From: Chrysomallon squamiferum
Lineage: Eukaryota; Animalia; Mollusca
Length of the DNA stretch: 64,000 nt
Direction: 5' to 3'
Assembly (NCBI GenBank): GCA_012295275.1
Contig: CM022665.1
Location: 4,650,001-4,714,000 of the forward strand
In this document: piece by piece, positions 54,048 to 64,000 of the stretch
Layout of the letters: every line of letters begins with the position of its first letter
How positions within the stretch are numbered: position 1 is the first letter of the stretch
Translations under genes and position numbers: made by a program
The notes under the pieces: generated by a model
The model's input: only the letters and a program-made list of their open reading frames with translations
Told to the model about the DNA's origin: nothing
Database searches by the model: none

Positions 54048-55309
54048 ACGAGAGTTGCTATTCTTCTTGTACTGGTGGTAGTGTTCGCTGTTCTAAATCA
54101 GGGCGACGCTTGGCCAAGATTTCGTATCAGAATTCGCTGGAGACGAGTGAGAGATTTTGCTAAACGCGCTGCTGCAAGCTGGGCTATTAAAAAAGCAGCA
54201 GCACTGGCAGTAGCTGCCGGAAAACGAGGTAGGAATTAAAATTCGGTTTTGGATTCGCCTTGGTTAAAACTGAATAAAACACGTTTAATCTTTGTTGTCC
54301 AGACAGTTTTGTTAAAAGTGTAAGAGTGAGAAAGGTGTTCGATTTTTAAAAATGTTGCATTTACCTTACAAATCTTTGGGTAATACAAGAAATATCTGTA
54401 CTTAGACACTTTCCGATTGAAGAATATTTTTAAAATGAAAATGAAAAATAATGTTTATGATATAAATATATGTAATGATTTATATATTTGGAGGAGGGGT
54501 TGATATAAATGTGCGTAATGATTTATTCCTGTTTAATATTTTCCTTGTTTTTCACATATGGTGTTCACTACCTCGATTTAAATCAAAATAATGTATGTTC
54601 TTTATTGAGTTTAATTCGCGATCTAAAATAGATTTTGGTATGTGTGTTTGGATATCTATGTCCAAATTTTGGAACTTCATCAGTTTTTAGTTAATAACGT
54701 ATTTATTTCAGACGTTTCGGAGCTTGACACCAACATGGACGGAATCCTCGACAAACAGGAACTAGAGAAAATAATGAGTGAACGAGACGCTGAAAATTTC
54801 TTGGAACTTGTTGACGAGGATGGTAAAGAATAATTCAATCAAAATAAAGATAGTAATAATAACAGTAAAACATCATTCAAATATTGTTGGACAAAAATAA
54901 AAATGCCACAATAGAAAAACCACCTTTAATATCAGAAAAAATTTCTCGTTAGAAGTAAAGCAAAATTAAAGACTTAGTAAAGAATTTGCAGAGTACGAAG
55001 TGGGAAAATAAGTTATCTTACCACTATTTAGAGACAGGTCGTTCGAAATCTTTGTGGAATTTCTTGTTAGCAACTTTAACTGTTTACAGTACTGTAATTT
55101 TAGACACAAAAAGTATTGCATGAAAAATATTACTACTACTACTACTATTTTTTTATGTAAAATTTAAATTTTAACTATCAATAAAAATGTTATATGTTGC
55201 TGGTATTATTACTACTATTATTGTTTTATAATTTCTGTTACTAGGAGACGCCAAGATAACAACTAACGAGTTCGAGCGAATGGTCAGAGAACTGAATGAA
55301 ATGGAGTAA
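54048..55309 (+). pseudogene. g11: paralogue of g6 with start codon ACG, otherwise open (WPRFRIRIRWRRVRDFAKRAAASWAIKKAAALAVAA-GKR + EF-hand pair)
   Basis: TTATAG|ACG AGA GTT GCT at 54048. Exons 54048-54228, 54712-54822 and 55245-55309. TATAAA at 53672-53677; exon 1 donor at 53740/53741. Confidence 0.75.
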
Positions 55310-55422
55310 AGAAAAAAAAAGGTTAGTTGCGTTTTTAATGTTTGTTTCTTCGTTTGTTTCTAAGTGTACTTTCTGGCCGGGGTTATGTATTTGGAACATT
55401 TTAAAATGCTATTATATTTTTC

Positions 55423-55482
<60 letters not shown>

Positions 55483-57129
55483 TCAACATAAAAGAAACGT
55501 GTCACTGAAATGCGAAAGTTAATTTATTAGATATTAATTATTTTTTACTATTTTATCTTTTGTATTTTCTTCTTCTGTTTTTTCTTCATATATCTCCATG
55601 CTATGATATCGCAAAATATAACTGAGGTAACGTGCTTTTATTCAAGGCCAGTTTTAAAAAATGTGTATATTTCACTGAAAATGCACAATTTCTTTATTTT
55701 TCTCTTTAAACAGCTTCAACTCGGAGAGCTATGAAGATGTATATCGTCATGTTCAAAGAATGACGAAACAGAAATAAAACTGTTTTATTAAATAAATATC
55801 TAAGAAATGAATTATAATTGTGTAGTGTTTTTTCTTTTTTGTTCGTTTGTGTTTTTCAGTCTCTATCACGTTTCAAGCTAGAGTTAAAAAATAGGTCACT
55901 TCTCCCTCCAATTACATTAAGCAGAAGTGAGACAAAACATCAAGTATTTATTTAAACACAAATTTTTGAAACACCAGTGAACAGTTCACTATTTGGGTAG
56001 TCATTCATGATAAAACATTTTGATTTTTATCTTTCTTCCATTTTGTCAGAGCCTTGAAAAAAATCAAACCAAACAATGTGTGATCCATTCTCGGATATCC
56101 TCATCAAGTCATTAAATGTATTATTCTTTTGTATTCTCATTGTACCATTACTTGCAGCTTAGTACCCCGTGTCTCGGACCTCTGCTTGCGTAGTTTTAAA
56201 AATTATAATCTGTACTGTCCATATAATTAAGTGCCGAGGTTTATGATGTTCATCTCAGTTAATTTGATTGTATACAAGTTTAAAACAACTGTGTTTGTTG
56301 TTAGTCTCTAGTGACAGCATTTTTGCAGCTATTCATACAATTGGTCACATGATCTCCTTCCTCGTGACCAGCTAGTGATAAACTTCTCCTTCTGTAGTAC
56401 TCGGTCGTAGAAACAAAATCTGTATCGACTTTGTATTAGTATTTGATAAGATTTGTATATGTTGTCATTAAATACTAATTCAGTGATCAATTTTTGAACT
56501 CTCATAACAAAATAAATGAAAGGTATGAAGCCATTTTGTAATTAACATAACTCAAAAACTATCATGAATTAGATGATAACATTTTGATTATTGTCTTCAC
56601 TTGACGAGAGAGAATGGCCTGTTTACATATTTACAGTGTATCTTTTACGAATTATATACTTTGTGACAAAATGATGAGATACGTTAAGAAGGTGTATTGA
56701 AGGGATATTTGAATTCATACGTCATTTATTCTATTAAGGCGTTAAACCCATCCATGTATGTGTGTGTCTCTCACCCGATATGACTGTCTGCTTTTGTAAT
56801 GGAATAACAAATAAATAAATATATATAAAAAATAACAATATTTAATAATGCCGTCCGCGTCCCTTTCAGCAGGTTTCCGTTGATCTAAGGGACATAACTA
56901 CTGAAAAACAATCGGAACTCGTGGAAAAATGTCCGCACATCGCACATGACATACGGGATAAAATAGCTACGTTCAAATGTTTTGTAACAGTATTACTTTA
57001 TTATCATACTTTGTTATGAATACCTCAAAACAATAAAATATTAACTTGTAAGGATAAAAAAAATTATTAGATCAGATATTCTTACCGCTATAGCATAGGC
57101 TTCAAACAGAATAGATGCATTTGATAACA

Positions 57130-57174
<45 letters not shown>

Positions 57175-57485
57175 GGTAGAAATAGTAGAAGTAGTAGTAG
57201 TGGTAGTAATAATAATAATAACATCTGTTACTCCAATCTGAAAAATGTAATTCTCGTTAGCATGAAATTAATTGATGAAATTCCCGTGCTGAATAAAATT
57301 ACTGTTTGTAACCAAAAGAAAGGGACTGGAGTCATCTCCCATCCTACTACCCAGAGAATGTCATGGTATTTTTCTGATGACAGCTAATGATCTTCATGGT
57401 ATTGATTTCAATTATTAATAATGATCTGTTGTTATTACATTCATCAGTCAAGCTAGAGGCTTCACTGTGTTGCTGGAATGAAGAC

Positions 57486-57531
<46 letters not shown>

Positions 57532-57715
57532 CATAATAATAATAATAACAATAATAACAATAACAATAATAATAATAATAAAAATAACAATAATAATAAC
57601 AACAATAATAACAGTAACAACAACAACAATAATAATAATAATAATAATAATAAATAACATAAAATAAATGATGAAAAGATAACAAACAACTGAAGTACCA
57701 AAACAAGCCTAACTT

Positions 57716-57780
57716 TTATTCAATTTTATTCAGTTTTCTGACCATTCGTTCGAAATCCTGAGCTTTGATCTTGCTATTCC
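57716..57780 (-). pseudogene. Orphan exon 4 relic (unit C copy)
   Basis: (G)NSKIKAQDFERMVRKLNKIE*, the same as 2195-2259. Confidence 0.78.
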
Positions 57781-58416
57781 CTAGTAATAGAGTATTTTAA
57801 CATAAAAGAATGAAAATGGAAAAAAAAATTTAATCAAGCATATGATCTGTGTGAATCGGAAAAGAGAAAAATGTGAGTAAAAAAAAAATAATAATAATAA
57901 TATATATATATATGTATATAACATTTTGATCTTAACAGTCAAAAAAATAAATCAATAAACAAATTTGTTTTAGTTTTTTTTTTTTTTTTTTTTTTTTTTA
58001 ACTATTACAATAAAACACAAATTATTAAGCTTAAAGTGTCAGAATGTTCACATAAACCAAAATTACATTAAGTAATAGCACAGTTACTTAATATCCAACT
58101 GGTGTTTTTATTTTCACTTAGATCAGAGATAAAATGTGAGATCTTATTAATTCGATGATAGCTACATCCTGTTAATGCAATATTTTGCCGAAGTGAAGTA
58201 ACCAGACAGTAAAAACATTTTTTTTTTTAATTTGAAAAATCCCGAGCTTTCGATTCTGAACAACACATTATGACAACAGAGAATGGAACATTTTCAACAT
58301 TTTGTTTTAATCAGTTAGAAACTGTCATTATTTTGATGTGCTGTTCAGTTTTTATTTATTTTATTAGTTCCACTAGAGAACAACTAACTGTTGTTATTTT
58401 ATTATTATTATTATTA

Positions 58417-58472
<56 letters not shown>

Positions 58473-59750
58473 TTTTTTTTTTTTTTTTTTTTTAATAGGA
58501 CAAGTCTTTGCTGAGAAACGAAGATAAAAAGAAACTGGCATTTCTCGTTTTTCGTACAGAAAAACATACAAAAACGAAAGTTAATCATTGAAGAGTATAC
58601 ATACCGGGTATTATTTTTGTTGTAAGATTTCTATTATGATATTACATTCTAATAAAAAGGAAACGTCAGCTTTTTATTTCGTAATCATTCTTTTTCATGA
58701 AATACTATATTCTTTAAATCTATTTATTTAAATGTATTTATTTATAATTAATACAGATCGTTAGTGAATGCACCTAATTTAATAAACGTTATTTCCAGAA
58801 TCTTATTGAATTGAAAAATATACGATTAATTTATTGAAATACAGAATACATTAATTTTTGTATTTTTTGTATCATGGAATTATAACATGAAAACAACTTA
58901 GACAGGATCCTGTCCTTTTAGCCGACTTCATCTTTTAAAGCACTTAAAAATTAAAAGAGAACATAAATGATTTTCGTATCCATATCAAAGCAAGCACTTT
59001 TTTCATATTAATTTTAGTGAACACTCGATATACTGAAATCAGTTCCGCTCTTTTGAAAGATAGCACCTGGACTATTTGTTATTTCTACACTTTATTAAAC
59101 TATTTTTGTTATCCTGGAATGAAGAGTTTTAATCTTCTATAATAAATCTGACTTATTTTGTTTCTAAAGCTCCAAAATATACAAAGACTTATTGGTTGCA
59201 CATACATATACATACATATAGAGATATATACACACATTCATATACTCTCTAGATACACACAGTAAAATTAAACAAACCCTTTTCAGTTTCATAATTTTAT
59301 TTGTTTCTTAATAAACGTCTTCATGGTCTTTCAAGTTGGAACCTGATAAAAAATAAAAGGAAATTAAAAGAAAGGAATAATAATTTGAGAATCTTTAAAA
59401 TTTTCTTTTATGCTATACACGTACTTGTTACACTGCAACCAGTCTTGAAGTAAAACGGAGAAGAAGAAGAAGAAGAAGAAGAAGAAGAAGATGAGGAGGA
59501 GGAGGAGAAGAAGGATGGGAGGAGGAGGAGGGGAGGAAAAGATAAAATAAAAAACAAATTACTGGACAATAAAATTTACTGCCACTTAAATGAAGGATTT
59601 CATTAACTTATGAATAATAATAATAATAACATATACCTCCGAAAGGTAATGAAAAAAAAAAAAAAAAAAAAACTAATAATAAAATAAAATAAAATAACGT
59701 ACAACAACCGTATGATAAGTTACAGGTGAAATACCGAAAAAGACTTACTT

Positions 59751-59839
59751 TTATTCATGTTCATTCAGTTCTCTGACCAATCGCTGCAAATCCCGAGTTG
59801 CGATCTCGGCGTTTCCTAGCAACAAAAATCATTCAAACG

Positions 59840-59890
<51 letters not shown>

Positions 59891-60730
59891 GGTATTTTAC
59901 TGAGAGAAAGAGAGATAGAGAGTTCATCAAAACGATAATACTGTTAGTCCAGTCATTTCATAATTTTAAAAATCTCTTTTCAAAGCTGCTTTTTATTCAG
60001 CCCAGATAATAAATCTACGACTGACACCTTTCTTTAGTTAAGCCTATTTTTACTGTTCTAACTTTCGTCCTTAGAATTACAGATCTGTTAACATTACTGT
60101 TATCTAGTTTTTAAAATGACTTACCATCCTCGCTAAGAGGTTCAAGAAAATTCTCAGCGTCTCGTCGACTCATTATTTGTTCAAGTTCTTCATGGTTCAG
60201 GATTCCGTCCATGTTGGTATCGATCTCCGAAACGTCTTAAATAAATGTATTCATTTAAACTCACAGATAAAGTCACTGAATTAAGCACATTACAAGTTAG
60301 TGTAAGCAACATTACAGTAATTAAACTTTGTTCTAAACTGTGTTAAGATATCATATATACCCACACATATTATTTCTAAAATGTACACTATAATTTTGTG
60401 AATAGTATTAATTTAAAACATATAATTCTTTCTCCCTTTTTATTCAGAAAATATATAAATGGATCTAGAAGTTTTAAACTTCGTAACCTCTTGTTACCAT
60501 CTTAAAGAGGTTTTCAAGACACAACAGTCTTTCGAAATCCAGCTGTCACATAAATGCTAAACATTATTTAACAATAGTGGAACAAAATCATAATTCTCAT
60601 TCATACCTCGCTTTCCGAGCCTTCGAATAAGATTACTCACGTCAATTCTGACACGATATCTTGGCCAAGCGTCGCCCTGATTTAGAACAGCGAACACTAC
60701 CACAAGTACAAGAAGAAAAGCAACTCTCAT
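59751..60730 (-). CDS. g12: secreted cationic peptide + EF-hand precursor, 99 aa, intact; mature WPRYRVRIDVSNLIRRL-amide (not in the ORF track)
   Basis: Exons 60730-60607, 60235-60125 and 59815-59751. Signal MRVAFLLVLVVVFAVLNQGDA, then GKR, then DVSEIDTNMDGILNHEELEQIMSRRDAENFLEPLSEDGNAEIATRDLQRLVRELNEHE*. Exon 1 donor at 60945/60944; TATAAA at 61008-61013. Confidence 0.85.
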
Positions 60731-62121
60731 CTGTAGAAAAAATAGACAAAAGATTTGTCAACAATAAATAGTATTAAATAAATTAATTAATTAAAACAAG
60801 ACATAAGAAAAAATAAATTAAAAACCCAGAACATAATAATAGCATATAAACTGTCAATATGTTATTCATTTATTTTTATTTTTTGGATTTTCTACGTCCA
60901 GTAATAGCACAGAGATGAGAATAAATAAAAGCTTTATGACTTACGTTTGAGCTGTAAACTGATTACTCGAAGAAGAAATGAATAAAATTGTTATCGAACT
61001 CAGATACTTTATATCCAACTGGTGTTTTTATTTTCACTTAGATGAGAAATAAAATGTGAGATCTTATTAATGCGGTGATAGCTACATCCTGTTATTGCAA
61101 TATGTTGCCAAAGTGAAGTAACACGATAGTGAAAACAAATTAAAACAAAAATCCTGACCCTTCGATTCTGAAGAGACGTTATGACAATAGAGAATGGAAT
61201 TTTTTCAACATTTTGTTTTAATAAATTAGAAACTGTGATTATTTTGGTGGGTTGTAGAGTTTAGTTTTTATTTATTTAACTAGTTCGACTAGAGAAGAAC
61301 TTACTTTTGTTATTTTATTTTATATTACGTTTCTATAAAAAAATGTATCTATATTATTTATTTTTTTTTAATTTATTATTTATAGGTACAAGTCTTTGCT
61401 AAGAAATGAAGATACACAGAAACGCATTTCTTGTTTTTCGTACAGAGAAACATACAAACACGAAAGTTAATTATTGAAAAATATGAATACTGGTATTATT
61501 TTTGTTGTCAGATTTTCATTATGAAATCACATTCTAATATGAATAAAACGCTATATTTTGTTTATTTTTGTATTTAGTTATATATAATTAAGATTATTAA
61601 TTTTTTTACCTAGATGTGCATTTTACATAGCATTTGAACTTTATATTTATGAAGGGCAGGATGACATTATATTTGTATCACTGTACCGGCAACATGATCC
61701 AGTGTATAACACGTTTTCACAAAATTAATTTCCAACAGATTCAATAAACATCCGGTTAACTGATTGCTGATGATACGTTATACATATATCAATTAACGTT
61801 GCAGCATATTGCATTATCACAGGATCTACCCATCATCACACTGTAAAGTTTTCACACTTTTTCGCTGACAAAGTTATACCAGTATAAGGTAACTGACTAC
61901 ATTATACCACTGAAATATAACGCCGTACTAAACCTTCTTTTATTTTCTATAATTTTTAGATTTATTTATTTATTTATTTAATAGTGGATTATCAGCAATA
62001 GTAGTGGTAATAGTAAAGAAAGGAACATAAGTTTTATTAAACGCCGTACTAAACCTTTTTTTATTTTATGTTTTATTTATTTATTTATTTTTTATTTATT
62101 TTTTTATTTACTTATTTATTA

Positions 62122-62155
<34 letters not shown>

Positions 62156-63166
62156 TTATTATTCTTGTTTTACCTTAAATATTTGATATATTGCAGTATT
62201 ATCCAAATGTTTGTTCTGTACATTATGTCATGATATAACATCAGCATTCGGGATACTACCAATATTTCCAGGGGATTTCAGTTTGTTACGGTTTAAAATG
62301 CATGATCTGTACTACTACGACATTATGTTTGTATGACTGTATCGGTAACATGATCATCTATAACACGATATCATATCATACTGCATTAACACAGCATCTA
62401 CTTATCATCACAATGATAAGTTTTACACTTTGTCGCTAATTTAAATGAATTTAAATATACCATTTTATAATAGTATGAGGTAACTGACTACATTATCAAT
62501 TTTAAACACAGAAAAAAAAATACGAAATAAACAAAAAATAAAACTTTAGTGGGTTTCTTTTATATTTCTTTAATATTGTAATAGTAATAATAGTCGTTGT
62601 GTTAGCCGTAGCATTAACAGTAATGTTATTAGATAATTTTTAATAGTAGTAGTAGCAATAGCCGTGGTAGTAGCAGTAGCGGTAGTAGTAGTAGTAGTAG
62701 TAGTAAAAAAGGAAGATATATTTTACTGAAACCAGGACTAAATTTTTTTCATTTCTTTTTTCTTTTTCTTATTACTTTAAATCTATGATATATTGTCTTA
62801 CATACGTAGCACAAATCAATAATAATAATCAAACAAACAAAATAAAATAAAAATTGGCAATTTATTTGCTAACATTATCATCGTCGATGTTTTGTTGTTG
62901 TTTTTTGAAATTTTAATCTTTTTAACAGTTCTAAGCTACCATAGAATTATTAGTTATTATTTCGTTTTATACTGAGAAATCGGGATATTGTTTATTTATT
63001 TCTCAGATTGTTGCTGTTGCTGTTTACTACTGTCCATTATTAGTATTATTTAAAAGTAAAAGAAATAATTTATTTATATGGCAAATTCAAGACAGCTGTC
63101 AGATAAATGCTTAATACTAAACATTATTTAAAAAGAATGGAACCAAAACCTGATTCCCATTTATAC

Positions 63167-63310
63167 CTCGCTTTCCCTTAACTGCTGTGTCGCTATTTTC
63201 CCGGCTCTTCTTGCAACCTCTCTGACTCGTCTCCAAGAAGTAAACCAAGCGTCGCTCTGATTTAGAACAACGAACAGAACCATTAGCACAAGAATAAAAG
63301 CAATTCTTAT
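63167..63310 (-). pseudogene. g13: orphan exon 2, paralogue of g5 (WFTSWRRVREVARRAGKIAT...); start ATA and 1-bp deletion
   Basis: ATTCAG|ATA AGA ATT at 63310. The exon is 144 nt versus 145 nt in g5 (ACTGCTGTGTCG versus ACTGCTGCTGTCG). No exons 3-4 follow. Confidence 0.8.
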
Positions 63311-64000
63311 CTGAATAAAAAATAGACAAAACATTAGACCAAAAAATCTAAACACAAGACATCAACGATGACAATGTTAGCAAATAAATTTATATTTTTA
63401 TTTTATTTTATTTTATTTTATTTATTCATTTATTATTATTATAATTATCTCTTTTTTTTTTTTTTTTTTAACTCGAAAAACAATTTAATCAAACATATGA
63501 TCTGTCTGAATCGGAAAATTAACCAATACATCGTGGATTTTAAGATGTGAGTAGAAACATTAACGATTCAAAAACAAAAAGAGAAAAAATGTATATATAT
63601 AACTTTATTGAATTGAGAACTATTCGATTAATTTAATAGTCTCATGAAAGCAACTTAGACAACATCCTGTCCTTTTAACCGACTTCATCTTTTAAAACAC
63701 TTAAAAACTAAAAGAGAACAAAAATGATATTCGTATCCATATGTAAACAAGAATTTTTTTTCATATCAGTCTTAATGGAAATAATTACTTTTTTCTTAAT
63801 ATTTTTTTTTTTAGCTTGATGTGTTTTTTACATAGCATTTTAAACTATTTTTAGGAACGGCAAGATGACATTCTATTTGTGTGACTGTACCGGTAACATG
63901 ATCCAACCTATAACACGTTGGCAGAAAATTAATTTGTAACAGATTCAACCAACATCCGGTTAACTGATTGCTGATGGCACATTTTATATACATATCAGTT

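Larger units (their letters stand above)
56402..64000. repeat. Segmental duplication unit C (partial, rearranged)
   Basis: 56402-~60300 matches 1-~4540; ~60300-63530 matches ~19380-22770; the end matches ~6210-6530 and ~9780-9995. Confidence 0.82.

Overview
AT-rich, intron-containing animal genomic DNA rich in (AAT)n and (GA)n microsatellites; a marine invertebrate such as a mollusc is plausible but cannot be proven from this window. The window is almost entirely a tandem, birth-and-death cluster of one small 4-exon gene family that the ORF track shows only in pieces. Exon 1 is non-coding and follows a TATA box. Exon 2 starts exactly at the ATG and encodes a 19-21 aa signal peptide, a hypervariable Trp-initiated cationic amphipathic peptide (17-36 aa) and a G-K-R/G-R-R amidation and cleavage signal. 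Exons 3 (111 nt) and 4 (65 nt coding) encode a conserved, strongly acidic 58-aa EF-hand pair. By hand splicing I find 7 intact copies (labelled g1, g4, g6, g7, g8, g9, g12), 6 damaged copies and 3 exon-4-only relics. The most likely reading is a family of secreted linear antimicrobial or cytolytic peptides carrying a C-terminal EF-hand propiece. The array is built from ~28 kb segmental repeats (starting at 1, 28629 and 56402). It also contains a large inverted duplication, repeated remnants of one decayed Ngaro/DIRS-type tyrosine-recombinase retrotransposon, and a 250-bp hAT-like MITE. No database search was possible, so novelty and function are inferences.
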